Under the pieces are notes generated by a model. The model was given only the letters and a program-made list of their open reading frames with translations, searched no databases and was not told the origin of the DNA. The translations under genes and the position numbers were made by a program. Below, one piece after another: positions 48,580 to 58,496 of a stretch of 64,000 nt of DNA (the stretch's first letter is position 1; each line of letters begins with the position of its first letter). Origin of the DNA: Bacilli bacterium (GTDB lineage: Bacteria; Bacillota_I; Bacilli_A; RFN20; CAG-826); contig JAZQOV010000007.1 in assembly GCA_045628045.1 (NCBI GenBank), forward strand, positions 8,704 through 72,703, given 5' to 3'.

Positions 48580-49911
48580 ATGGGAAAATATTTCGGTACA
48601 GATGGTGCACGTGGAGTTGCAAATAAGCAAATTAACGGCACATTAGCTTACAAAATTGGTAGATTTATTGGCCAATACCCAAATGGTCGCAAAAACAAAA
48701 TTCTTATTGCTCGTGATACACGTGTTTCAGGCAAGCTTTTAGGTGATGCAGTTGGTGTTGGTGTTGTTTCAAGTGGATCTGATGTTTATGACATTGGAGT
48801 TTCAACAACTCCATCTGTTTCTTACTTAGTAAGAAAACATGGCTTTGATTTCGGTGTTATGATTTCAGCATCTCACAATCCTTACTATGATAACGGAATT
48901 AAAGTTTTCAATAAGGAAGGCGAAAAACTTGAAGCTGAAATCGAAGCACAAATCGAAGAATATATTGATAATCCAAAGGATGATTTGCCATTACTTATTA
49001 ATGATGCAATCGGAAGATACATGCCTTGTGATGAATTAATTAATGAATACATTGATTTCATTGTTTCTAAGGCTGATCCAAAAGTTAAAAATTTAAAAGT
49101 TTATATCGACTGTTCAAACGGTTCTTCCTCAAATATTGCTCCAAAAGTTTTGGATAAATTAGGAGTCAAATATACAGTTGTTGCAAATAAACCAAACGGT
49201 TTAAATATTAATGATCATTGTGGTTCTACAAAAATTGAAAATAATTCAGAAGCAGTCGCTAAAGGCAATTATGATTTAGCATTTGCATTCGATGGCGATG
49301 CTGATAGATGCCTTGGTATGACTGGTGATGGAGATGTTGTAAATGGTGATCAACTCATCTACATGAACGCTATGTATCTCAAAAAGATTGGCAAATTAGC
49401 AGGCAACATTGCAGTTGTTACAGTTATGTCTAACCTTGGCCTTAAGAAAGCATTCGAAGCCGAAGGCGTTGGCATTCATGAAACTGCAGTTGGTGATAAG
49501 TATGTTCAAGCCGATATGAAGGCTAATAAGTTATCTGTTGGTGGTGAACAATCTGGCCACATAATCTTCTTAGAAGATTTAAACACTGGCGATGGACTCT
49601 TAACAATGGTTCACACCCTTAATGTTGTCGCAAACGAAGGCAAGTCATTAAAAGAACTTGTTTCAAAATGCAAAATGTATCCACAAAGTTTGAAAAATGT
49701 TGTAGTTGCAAACAAGGAAGCAACATTATCAAATGAAGGCTTCAAAGCAAAAATTAAAGAAGTTGAAGCAACATTAAATGGAAACGGAAGAATTCTTGTC
49801 CGTCCATCAGGAACCGAACCACTTATTCGTGTAATGTGCGAAGCACCTACACAAGAAAAGTGTGATGAAGTTACTTCAATCCTCGCAAAATATGTAGAGG
49901 ATATTCAATAA
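48580..49911 (+). CDS. glmM: Phosphoglucosamine mutase
   Basis: YFGTDG.RG, MISASHNP, FDGDADR, GGEQSGH, RPSGTEP. Confidence 0.95.
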   Translation: MGKYFGTDGARGVANKQINGTLAYKIGRFIGQYPNGRKNKILIARDTRVSGKLLGDAVGVGVVSSGSDVYDIGVSTTPSVSYLVRKHGFDFGVMISASHNPYYDNGIKVFNKEGEKLEAEIEAQIEEYIDNPKDDLPLLINDAIGRYMPCDELINEYIDFIVSKADPKVKNLKVYIDCSNGSSSNIAPKVLDKLGVKYTVVANKPNGLNINDHCGSTKIENNSEAVAKGNYDLAFAFDGDADRCLGMTGDGDVVNGDQLIYMNAMYLKKIGKLAGNIAVVTVMSNLGLKKAFEAEGVGIHETAVGDKYVQADMKANKLSVGGEQSGHIIFLEDLNTGDGLLTMVHTLNVVANEGKSLKELVSKCKMYPQSLKNVVVANKEATLSNEGFKAKIKEVEATLNGNGRILVRPSGTEPLIRVMCEAPTQEKCDEVTSILAKYVEDIQ

Positions 49912-50517
49912 ATGAAGTATGAAGAATTTTACGATTTTGTCGTGAAAGTTCATTCAATTGCAAAAATTGGATTAACTTATTCAAAAGATCCTTATGCAAT
50001 TGATAACTACAATGAACTTAATAAGTTATCTCGTGAGATGCTTGAAAAGTTCATGGATGTGAAGTTCGATAAACCTTCAATGTTTACAAAAGAAGTTTAT
50101 CCAACTCCAAACATCTCTGTCAGAACACTTATTTATTCTGGCAATAACATTCTTCTCGTTAGAGAAGCAAATTCTGGACTTTGGTCTTTACCTGGCGGTT
50201 GGTGTGACTTATATGATTCACCAAAAATGTCAGCATTCAACGAAGTTAAACAAGAAACTGGTGTTGAACCAGTAATTGAAAGACTCGTTGGTGTCTTAGA
50301 AAGAACGCCACATAAAACAAATCAAAATGTTCCAGAATACGTCCTTCTTTTTGAAGGATATGTTACTAGCGATGATTTTTCGAAACATTGCTATGAAACA
50401 ACTGAAGTTAACTACTTCGATATGGATCATCTTCCTGAGATGTCTAAAAAATTATCAATGGAAGAGATTAATAGCATCTTAGATGCTCACAAAAACAAAA
50501 TTGTTATATTTGATTGA
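49912..50517 (+). CDS. NUDIX hydrolase with Nudix_N domain (YjhB-like)
   Basis: SIAKIGLTYSKDPY, YPTP, WSLPGGWCD...EVKQETG. Confidence 0.85.
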   Translation: MKYEEFYDFVVKVHSIAKIGLTYSKDPYAIDNYNELNKLSREMLEKFMDVKFDKPSMFTKEVYPTPNISVRTLIYSGNNILLVREANSGLWSLPGGWCDLYDSPKMSAFNEVKQETGVEPVIERLVGVLERTPHKTNQNVPEYVLLFEGYVTSDDFSKHCYETTEVNYFDMDHLPEMSKKLSMEEINSILDAHKNKIVIFD

Positions 50518-50531
50518 TTAGGAGGATAAAT

Positions 50532-51248
50532 ATGCCAACACCACATAACGAAGCTAAAAAAGGTGAAATCGCAAAGGTAGTTTTAATGCCTGGCGACCCA
50601 AATCGTGCAAAATGGATTGCAGATAATTTTTTACACGATGTTAAACTTGTAAACCAAGTCCGCGGAATGTTCTGTTTTACAGGATTAACAAGAAATAATA
50701 AAAGAATCTCTGTTATGGCACATGGTATGGGAAATCCATCTATTGGAATTTATTCATACGAGTTATATACAGAATACGATGTTGATTTAATTATTAGAGT
50801 TGGAACCTGTGGTTCTTACCAAGAATATGTCAATTTCTTTGATGTCATTATTGGTGAATCAGCTTGTACAGACTCAAATTATGGTGCTCAATTAGGCTAC
50901 ACTCCTGATTATTGCCCAAAAGCAAGTTTAGATATTGCAGAAGCTGCTAAAGAAGTTTTATCAGCTAAAGGTTATCCTTATCACGCTGGCATGGTTTTTG
51001 CAGCAGATGTCTTCTATGATTTTAAGAAAGACGTTTGGAAAGAATACGCTAAACGCGGTGTACTTGCTGTTGAAATGGAATCCTATGCATTATTCGTTAA
51101 TGCACAATATTTGCATAAGAAAGCATTAACAATGCTTACTGTTACAGACCACTTTATAAAAGAAGGTAGATTAACTCCAGAGCAAAGACAGACTGGTCTT
51201 AGAAATATGATTGATTCTGCCATTACTCTTGCAGAGAAATACGCATAA
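50532..51248 (+). CDS. deoD: Purine nucleoside phosphorylase DeoD
   Basis: MPTPH, VLMPGDP.RA, GMG.PSIGIY, IRVGTCG, VEMES; SD AGGAGG. Confidence 0.95.
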   Translation: MPTPHNEAKKGEIAKVVLMPGDPNRAKWIADNFLHDVKLVNQVRGMFCFTGLTRNNKRISVMAHGMGNPSIGIYSYELYTEYDVDLIIRVGTCGSYQEYVNFFDVIIGESACTDSNYGAQLGYTPDYCPKASLDIAEAAKEVLSAKGYPYHAGMVFAADVFYDFKKDVWKEYAKRGVLAVEMESYALFVNAQYLHKKALTMLTVTDHFIKEGRLTPEQRQTGLRNMIDSAITLAEKYA

Positions 51249-51862
51249 TGTTTTTGTTTATTTTTCTTGCTGTACTTTTAGTTATTGCGATTGTTTTCTT
51301 TATAACATTCCCGCTTTTAACTGTGCATATGAGCAATGAACAATTTGCGTCATATTGTGAAAGAAAAGTTAATCGTATCGCAAGAAGAAGAAACTTACTT
51401 AGAATTACAAACCTAGCTATCTCAAGATTCGATAGCGAAAAAATTTATGTTGATCACATTATCTTTGGCAAAAAATACATTTATCTGATCACGAACATTA
51501 AGTTAAAAGGATTCGTTGTTGGTGAAGAAAATGATAAGTCTTGGATTCACTACAATTACTCAAAAAAGAAGGCTAGATACATTTCAAATTTAAATGAGCT
51601 TTCAAACAAAAATATCCAGGAATTCGCGGACATTTTGAGAATTAATAGCGATTTCTTCGTATCAATTTGTTTAATACCAAACAACTGTGATTTCAAAATT
51701 AAAGGTAGCAAAAAAGCGTCAAACCACATCGTTCATTATTTCTCACTCGCTAGAAAAATTAGGAAGTTTGAACACGCAAAAATTAATGCATTAGACAAAG
51801 AACAAATTTATGAACAATACACAAGAATTAAAGAAACAAACGAGCAAAGCAAACACAATTAA
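51248..51862 (+). CDS. Membrane-anchored NERD-like nuclease-fold protein
   Basis: N-terminal TM; VDHIIFGKKYIYLI..K..G.V.G.E....W. Confidence 0.6.
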   Translation: MFLFIFLAVLLVIAIVFFITFPLLTVHMSNEQFASYCERKVNRIARRRNLLRITNLAISRFDSEKIYVDHIIFGKKYIYLITNIKLKGFVVGEENDKSWIHYNYSKKKARYISNLNELSNKNIQEFADILRINSDFFVSICLIPNNCDFKIKGSKKASNHIVHYFSLARKIRKFEHAKINALDKEQIYEQYTRIKETNEQSKHN

Positions 51863-52874
51863 AGTTTTTAAAGCCGCTCGTGAAAGAACTAAAAAGGAAA
51901 GCAGAGGTTTTTCAATTTCCTTATTTTTATTTGCTACTTTAACACTTCTTTCTCTTGGTCTTGGTTATTTTGATCCTGTAACGTTAATTCTTACAATCCC
52001 GTTTGTAGTTTTACCTTCTTATTTTGCTCTTATTGCAGTTAACTCTGCTCCAGTTTTAGATAGAGGCGAGATTGGTGCTTTCTTCATTATGTTTAGAACA
52101 TATTTTAATCGTATGTTCTCCGGTTGTTTCAGAGTTATTGCAGCATTTTTCAAAGCTTTGCTTTGCAGCATTGCTTTTGAAGTTGTTTCTTCATCAATTG
52201 CTGAGACAATTGTTTTTGGCAAAAATGAAGAATTTAGAAATATTTTATTTGATGGAAGCAAAAGTTTTTCAGATTCAGCAAAGCTTTTGATTGATTTTGT
52301 TAACGCTAATCCTTCATTTGAGAAATGTTTATTGATTATTAATTGTGTTTCATTAGTGATTGGGACAATGGTGTTTATTTCACACATTGCTAAACGTTCA
52401 CCAATGCTCGATTTCTCATTCCTTAGAAAACAACCAACTCCGATGAGAGAGTTTAATATGGTTGATAAAAAAGTTCGTAAAGAACACAAAAAAGAATTCG
52501 CCGGAAGAATGTTTAGAGGAACATGGTTTATTAGTTTACTAATAATTCTCAGTTTTGTGGGTTCATATTTTATTGAAATGTATGCCTTTAAGAACTTTAA
52601 TCCAGATCATTTCTTTGTATTAGGACTCGCGATTGCTCTTATTGTTATTCTTCCATTTATGAACTACTTAATGAATGTTTACCACATTATTTATGAGGGA
52701 TTACGTCCAGAATACGAAAACGTTTATGTTACAACAACTTTAGAGTTCCTTGCGAAATATAGAGAAAAACTCGGAATTAATGAAGAAGAAGCAAAAAAAC
52801 TTGAAGAGATTGTGAAATCACAATCACCTCAAAAAAATAAGAAAGAAGAAAAGGAGAAAAAAGACGAGAAGTAA
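51810..52874 (+). CDS. Hypothetical multi-TM membrane protein
   Basis: About six TMs and a charged C-terminal tail. Confidence 0.7.
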   Translation: MNNTQELKKQTSKANTIKVFKAARERTKKESRGFSISLFLFATLTLLSLGLGYFDPVTLILTIPFVVLPSYFALIAVNSAPVLDRGEIGAFFIMFRTYFNRMFSGCFRVIAAFFKALLCSIAFEVVSSSIAETIVFGKNEEFRNILFDGSKSFSDSAKLLIDFVNANPSFEKCLLIINCVSLVIGTMVFISHIAKRSPMLDFSFLRKQPTPMREFNMVDKKVRKEHKKEFAGRMFRGTWFISLLIILSFVGSYFIEMYAFKNFNPDHFFVLGLAIALIVILPFMNYLMNVYHIIYEGLRPEYENVYVTTTLEFLAKYREKLGINEEEAKKLEEIVKSQSPQKNKKEEKEKKDEK

Positions 52875-52909
52875 ATAAAAAATCCACTTAAACGTGGATA
52901 TAATTACAA

Positions 52910-52983
52910 TGGAGCAGCTGGCGGGAATCGGACCCGTATAGCCACCTTGGCAAGGTGGTGTTCTACCACTGAACTACAGCTGC
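52910..52983 (-). tRNA. tRNA-Gly(GCC) with atypical T-arm
   Basis: Reverse complement GCAGCTG..CCACC-TTGCCAA-GGTGG..ACGGG-TCCGATT-CCCGC-CAGCTGC-T-CCA. Confidence 0.9.
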
Positions 52984-53041
52984 AATTCAGCGTGATTATT
53001 ATATAAAAAGTGATATAATACTTCAAGCAAAAAATGAAATT

Positions 53042-54700
53042 ATGAAAACATTTGAAGATTTAGCAGAATTTATATTCCCTGAAATTAAAGAGACAATTGC
53101 AGATTTAGAAAAGAAATATCCTGCAAGAAAATTGCCTGTTGGCGCAGAAGTAACTCGTTTTGCTCCTTCTCCAACTGGATTTTTACATCTTGGTTCCTTA
53201 TTCACCTCTTTTGTTGCATACAAAGTCGCGAAAGACACTAATGGTGTTTTCTATTTTAGACTTGAAGATACAGACACCAAACGTGAAGTAGAAGGTTCGG
53301 CAGATGATTTGGTTAATCAATTATCATATTTCGGTATTGTTCCTGATGAAGGTTACCTTTTAGGTAAAGACAAAGGAGAATACGCTCCATATAAACAATC
53401 TGATCGTGCCTATATTTATGAAGTTTGTATTAAAGAACTTATGAAAAAAGGTAGAGCCTATCCTTGCTTCTGTAGTGCAGAGCAACTTGAAGAAACTCGT
53501 CAAATTCAAGAAGCAATGAAAGAGATTCCTGGTTATTATGGAGACTATGCAATTTGCAGAACTTTAACACCGGATGAAGCAATTCAAAGAATCGAAAATG
53601 GTGATCCTTATGTAATTAGATTTAAATCTACTGGTAATCATAATAATAAGATTACTTTCCACGACGAAGTTCGTGGTGATATTTCTATTGCGGAAAATGA
53701 TATGGATATCGTTATTTTAAAATCAGATGGTCTTCCAACATATCACTTTGCGCACGCTGTTGATGATCATTTTATGCATACTACAACAGTTATTCGTGGT
53801 GAAGAATGGATCTCAAGTGCTCCAATTCATATTGAATTATTTGCAACTCTTGGATTTGAACTTCCAAAATACGCTCATTTACCTGTTATTATGAAACTTG
53901 ATAATGGTAATAAACGCAAACTTTCTAAAAGAAAAGATCCAGAAGCTAGTGTTGCAAACTTTATTGAACAAGGTTTCCCAAAAGAAGCTCTTCTTGTTTA
54001 TTTAATGAGCATTGCAAACTCCAATTTTGAAGAATGGACTGCTCAAAATAATTCCTACAATATTCCAGATTTCAAGTTTGCATTTGACAAGATGAGTCTT
54101 GATGGAGTTTTATTTGACCAAGATAAGCTCAACTTCTTCTCAAAAGAAATCATCGCAAAGATGAGCGCTGAAGAAGTTTATAATCGCGCTTATGAATGGG
54201 CAACTGGCGATTTCAAAGATAGACTCGCCAAATATAAAGAAGAATCAATTGCAGCTTTAAATATTGAACGTGGTGGAGATAAAGCCCGTAAAGATTACGC
54301 TGCATATAAAGATATTTATCCAATTCTTTCTTTATTCTATAAAGAAGATAACGAAAAAGAATTTAACGAAGTTGGTGCAATCTTCCCAGAAAAAATTCCT
54401 ACAAGCGTTATTAAAGAAGTCCTTGAAGACTTCAAAAAGAACAACGACTATACTCTTGCAAATGATGTTTGGTTTGAAAGCATTAAGCAATTAGGTGCTA
54501 GACATAACTTTGCAGAGAATGGTAAACTCTACAAGGCTAATCCAGAAATGTATGTTGGTGCTGTTGGAGATGTTGCAGGCATTATTCGTATTGCAGTAAC
54601 CAATAGAACTAACGCTCCTAACTTACATGATGTGTTAGTAATCTTAGGTAAAGGCGAAGTCAATCGTAGAATTGATAGAGTACTTGCCACACTTAAATAA
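53042..54700 (+). CDS. gltX: Glutamate--tRNA ligase
   Basis: TRFAPSPTGFLHLG, RLEDTD, AYPCFC, PTYHFAHAVDDH, RGEEW, KLSKR. Confidence 0.95.
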   Translation: MKTFEDLAEFIFPEIKETIADLEKKYPARKLPVGAEVTRFAPSPTGFLHLGSLFTSFVAYKVAKDTNGVFYFRLEDTDTKREVEGSADDLVNQLSYFGIVPDEGYLLGKDKGEYAPYKQSDRAYIYEVCIKELMKKGRAYPCFCSAEQLEETRQIQEAMKEIPGYYGDYAICRTLTPDEAIQRIENGDPYVIRFKSTGNHNNKITFHDEVRGDISIAENDMDIVILKSDGLPTYHFAHAVDDHFMHTTTVIRGEEWISSAPIHIELFATLGFELPKYAHLPVIMKLDNGNKRKLSKRKDPEASVANFIEQGFPKEALLVYLMSIANSNFEEWTAQNNSYNIPDFKFAFDKMSLDGVLFDQDKLNFFSKEIIAKMSAEEVYNRAYEWATGDFKDRLAKYKEESIAALNIERGGDKARKDYAAYKDIYPILSLFYKEDNEKEFNEVGAIFPEKIPTSVIKEVLEDFKKNNDYTLANDVWFESIKQLGARHNFAENGKLYKANPEMYVGAVGDVAGIIRIAVTNRTNAPNLHDVLVILGKGEVNRRIDRVLATLK

Positions 54701-54721
54701 GGATTCATTTCCTTATTAAAT

Positions 54722-54797
54722 GGCCCCATGGTCAAGAGGTTTAAGACGAGACCCTCTCAAGGTCTAATCAAGGGTTCGATTCCCTTTGGGGTCACCA
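54722..54797 (+). tRNA. tRNA-Glu(CTC)
   Basis: Anticodon arm AGACC-CTCTCAA-GGTCT; encoded CCA. Confidence 0.95.
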
Positions 54798-54909
54798 AGC
54801 TTATAATTGATGTAATTTATTTATAAATTAAATTGCATCTTTTTTTTATAAATAGTGAAAAAATAGTGAAATAATAATGAAGTTCGTGTATAATAATTTC
54901 AAGGTTAAT

Positions 54910-55962
54910 ATGATACACATTTCTTTAACTAATGAATTATTGAATAAGCTTATTGAAATTGAAAAAAATAAGGTGCTTTTAGAGAACACTAAAATGCCTG
55001 TAGAACTTTCAAATAAATTTCGCAAAAACACAAGAAAGCTCAGTTCATATGCTTCAAATGCAATCGAAGGTAACCCTCTTACATTCGAACAAGCTAATAA
55101 AGTAATTGATTCAAAAGAAAGACATTTTTTGAAGCCTGAGCAAGAAATTAGAAATTATTATCAAACAATTGAATATTTATCAAATGAGTTAAAAAAGAAA
55201 ACCCCTATTTCTCTCGAATTGATTTTGGAAGTTCAAAAACAGATTGTTGCAGGAGAATCAAAAGATAAAATCGGACTAAGAGGGAAAATGCCACCTGGTG
55301 TTTTGTTTGCTGTTTATGATAGTAACAGTGGAGAACCAGAATATATTCCTCCTGAATACAACGAGTTGCCCGCTTTGATAAATGAATTTGTGGAGTATGT
55401 TAATACTTCAGATGATCATCCGATTATTAAATCTGCAATTTTGCATTATCAACTTGTCACGATTCACCCATTTGAAGATGGAAATGGAAGAACCGCTAGA
55501 GTTTTATCTAATTATTTATTGTCATACTATGGATATAGTTTTAAAGAAATCGGTTCTCTTGAAGAATATTTCGCTTTTAATTTAGATGAATATTATTCAT
55601 CATTACAAATGGGATTGCCTATTTTGTTTTATGACGGAAGAAATAACCCACCTCATCCAGAAATCTGGATTAATTATTTCTTGAAGGTTTTTTCACTTTA
55701 TTCTAGTAAGGTCCTTGAAATTGCATCAAAATCTACTGTTGATGATAATCTTTCTCGAAAAAGCATGCTTTCAGAAAAAGCAAAAAAATTCTTGGAATAT
55801 CTTGAAGACAATAAAATAAAACAATTTTCACCAATTACGATAAGTAAAATATTCAATGTTTCAAATAGAACAATAATTAATTGGTGTGTTGAATTAACTA
55901 AGAACGGGTTCATTAAACCAAACATAGTTAACAAAAGAATACGTTCATATAGTAAATTATAA
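54910..55962 (+). CDS. Fic-family protein (class II type) with C-terminal wHTH
   Basis: Canonical HPFEDGNGRTAR; N-terminal SNAIEGN inhibitory motif; start could alternatively be 54877. Confidence 0.9.
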   Translation: MIHISLTNELLNKLIEIEKNKVLLENTKMPVELSNKFRKNTRKLSSYASNAIEGNPLTFEQANKVIDSKERHFLKPEQEIRNYYQTIEYLSNELKKKTPISLELILEVQKQIVAGESKDKIGLRGKMPPGVLFAVYDSNSGEPEYIPPEYNELPALINEFVEYVNTSDDHPIIKSAILHYQLVTIHPFEDGNGRTARVLSNYLLSYYGYSFKEIGSLEEYFAFNLDEYYSSLQMGLPILFYDGRNNPPHPEIWINYFLKVFSLYSSKVLEIASKSTVDDNLSRKSMLSEKAKKFLEYLEDNKIKQFSPITISKIFNVSNRTIINWCVELTKNGFIKPNIVNKRIRSYSKL

Positions 55963-55985
55963 AAAATTCAGAGTTTATTAGTAAT

Positions 55986-55994
55986 GGGTCACCA
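55986..55994 (+). repeat. Copy of the tRNA-Glu 3' end (att-like direct repeat)
   Basis: GGGTCACCA identical to 54789-54797, followed by a related terminator. Confidence 0.6.
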
Positions 55995-56119
55995 TGACAA
56001 TACTAGATGTAACATAGTTACATCTTTTTTGTTTATTTTAGGTGGTTTAACTACTAAAAAAGTTGATATTTTTTATAATCTTTGATAAATTATTTTTAAT
56101 ATTTGAAGAGGTAAACTTC

Positions 56120-56911
56120 ATGATTATATTTGATTTTGTTGACAACGGGCTATTTCATTTTAAGCATATTATGATTCTTGTAATGGCTTTTTGCATTTTG
56201 GCTGTATGGTTACATTATTCTGTTAAGAATTTAAAACTTGAGACATTTCAAAAAGTCTGTTTAATTGGTGGAATTTGTAGTGAAGTAGTTAAAGCTTTCA
56301 CGTATACGATTGCCAATGAAGTAACACTCGGTGGCTATCTTCCAAAAGGTGATTTACCACTTCATATGTGCTCAATTCAAATAATATTATTTGCATTCCT
56401 TGTTTTTTCAAAATCCGAGAAGATCAAAAGAGCAATTAGATGTTTCCAAATTCCGACATGTTTAATTGGCGGAATAGGTGCAATGTTTGTTGCTACAAAT
56501 AGTTCACTTAACATGTGGCCAATTACAATTACTTATTTCTTATATCACATTCTTATCACATCATTTGCTTTATATTTACTCATTAAAAATGAACCAAAAC
56601 TCACAATCAAAGACTATTTACTTGGTTTAGCAGTTTATACAGGAATGATTATGGCTGCGATTTATCTGAACTCAATTCTTTATGTCTATCAACCGGTTTA
56701 TAATGCTTCAGGAAGATTAATTGACATGAAACTAAGTAATGTTAATTTCCTTTATGTTATTGATCCTCCAACTAGTGGTCTTCCACTTCTTAATGAGAAA
56801 CATGGTTGGGGCGTTTATATAGCTCATTACTTAGTGTTATTCTATGCAGCAATTACACTTGTATACATAAAACCGATAATTGGATTTTTTAAAGAAAGAA
56901 AAACTAAATAA
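56120..56911 (+). CDS. YwaF/TMEM164-like integral membrane protein
   Basis: LPLHMCSI, YFLYH, NFLYV..PP; multi-TM. Confidence 0.75.
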   Translation: MIIFDFVDNGLFHFKHIMILVMAFCILAVWLHYSVKNLKLETFQKVCLIGGICSEVVKAFTYTIANEVTLGGYLPKGDLPLHMCSIQIILFAFLVFSKSEKIKRAIRCFQIPTCLIGGIGAMFVATNSSLNMWPITITYFLYHILITSFALYLLIKNEPKLTIKDYLLGLAVYTGMIMAAIYLNSILYVYQPVYNASGRLIDMKLSNVNFLYVIDPPTSGLPLLNEKHGWGVYIAHYLVLFYAAITLVYIKPIIGFFKERKTK

Positions 56912-56977
56912 TTTATAAGGCCACAGAAATGTGGCTTTTTTATTGCAAAAGAAGAAATTAGTTATAAACTAATATGT

Positions 56978-57841
56978 ATGAAAGTTTTATATTTATATTC
57001 AGATAAAACAGGAATCAAGAAATCCAAAAAATACATTGAAAAAATTCATGCATCTCTTCATGAAATTTATAACGATTTAACTATAGTAAAAACAACCTCA
57101 CTTGAAGATTTTGAGAAACGTATTAGAGGCTCAATTTCTAAATACGATATATTGATAATCGCTGGTGGTGATGGAACTTTAAAATTTGCGACAGATGTTT
57201 TGCTTTCTTATAAAAAAGAAGATAGACCCGCATTAGGTTATATTCCATCTGGAACTGTTAATGATGCTGGAAAAGGTTTTGGCGTTAAAGGAAGTGTCAA
57301 ACAAGCTATTAAGGTTTTAAGAAAAGGGCGCATTGATTTTGTTGATGTTTGCAAAGTTAACAAAAAACATTTTAATTTCGTTTGTGCAGTTGGAGCCTAC
57401 TCAGATATTTCTTATGCAACTAAAAGAGGACCTAAAAAAGTTCTTGGTAGATTAGCCTATTATTTCTTTGCTCTAAAAGAATTATTTGTTAGAAAACTAT
57501 TAACAGTTGATATAAAAACTAATGATAAGGAATTTACTGTAAAAACACCGTTTATTATGGCATTAAATAGTAAAAATGTTGGGGGTTTTCCGGTGAATTT
57601 TGATTATTCTGTTAAAGATGGACTCGTTGAAGTTTTCATCACAAAACGCGGTTTATTTAATGGGATTCTTCACTATTTAATTCCTAAATTGGGAAAGACA
57701 AAAATTAAAACAAATTATATAAAAATGACTGTTCATGAAGATGAGTATTGGTGCTTTGACGGCGAAAAAGGCGACCGTAAAGAAGTAGAAATAAAAGTTC
57801 TAAATCAAGAACTCAAAGTAATTGGAAATGTAAAAAAATAG
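56978..57841 (+). CDS. Diacylglycerol/lipid kinase family protein (YegS/DgkB-like)
   Basis: AGGDGT, GYIPSGTVND, G.LAY, NSK.VGG, DGE. Confidence 0.88.
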   Translation: MKVLYLYSDKTGIKKSKKYIEKIHASLHEIYNDLTIVKTTSLEDFEKRIRGSISKYDILIIAGGDGTLKFATDVLLSYKKEDRPALGYIPSGTVNDAGKGFGVKGSVKQAIKVLRKGRIDFVDVCKVNKKHFNFVCAVGAYSDISYATKRGPKKVLGRLAYYFFALKELFVRKLLTVDIKTNDKEFTVKTPFIMALNSKNVGGFPVNFDYSVKDGLVEVFITKRGLFNGILHYLIPKLGKTKIKTNYIKMTVHEDEYWCFDGEKGDRKEVEIKVLNQELKVIGNVKK

Positions 57842-57848
57842 GCTTCGT

Positions 57849-58382
57849 CTAGCCTATTTTTTCTTTGTATAATTTGTAAATTTGTTCAGCGACTTCATCA
57901 ATTGTTTTATCTTGAGTATTAATTATGAAATCGACTTTTCCTATTTTCTCAAGTGCGAAGTCTTTAACATCGTTAGTGAGACGTTCGGTTATTTTTTCTT
58001 CTTTATCTCCGCGCTCGATCATGCGCTTTTTGCGTGTAGATTCATCTGCCACTAGGTGGAAGGAAACAATATTTTTGTTTCCTAGTTTTAGAAATGAGTG
58101 CAAACCATTTGGATCAAGGACAACAATTTTGTTGTCACTTACTTGGTCGATCCCGCATCCATAATAATTGCCATTATAAATTGCGTGCTCGACAAATTTA
58201 TTTTGTTTTAATCTTTTTTCAAATTCTTCTTTAGTAATGAAAAAATATTCAACCCCGTCAGTTTCGCCAGTTCTTTTTTCTCTTGTGGTAGTGGTGATGG
58301 CTTTAACAAGACCGAATCTTTTTTGAATATTTAAGGCGGTAACAGTTTTGCCGCTTGCAGATGCTCCAGTTAATATGATCAT
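57849..58382 (-). CDS. gmk: Guanylate kinase
   Basis: GASASGKT, TTTREKR.GE.DGVEYFF, YNGNYYG; start at ATG 58382, 6 nt after TATAAT. Confidence 0.88.
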   Translation of the reverse strand: MIILTGASASGKTVTALNIQKRFGLVKAITTTTREKRTGETDGVEYFFITKEEFEKRLKQNKFVEHAIYNGNYYGCGIDQVSDNKIVVLDPNGLHSFLKLGNKNIVSFHLVADESTRKKRMIERGDKEEKITERLTNDVKDFALEKIGKVDFIINTQDKTIDEVAEQIYKLYKEKIG

Positions 58383-58422
58383 GGAAATATTATAAACCAT
58401 TGATTAAAAAAATGCTAAAAAA

Positions 58423-58483
58423 TGATTTATTAATAAATCAAAAAAATAAATTAACACATTTGCCAAAATTTCTCGAATTAGTA
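58423..58483 (+). promoter_or_regulatory. Conserved putative competence promoter/operator, copy 2 (upstream of the Tad operon)
   Basis: Perfect palindrome TGATTTATTAATAAATCA, A tract, TTAACA-N17-CGAATT; near-identical to 4356-4417. Confidence 0.8.
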
Positions 58484-58496
58484 TATGGAGGGGCAA

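Noticed and set aside
55209-55222. Other CTCGAATT matches (21209, 27294, 55213) as further regulon sites
   Set aside because: They lie inside CDSs or a terminator and lack the palindrome and the TTAACA element.
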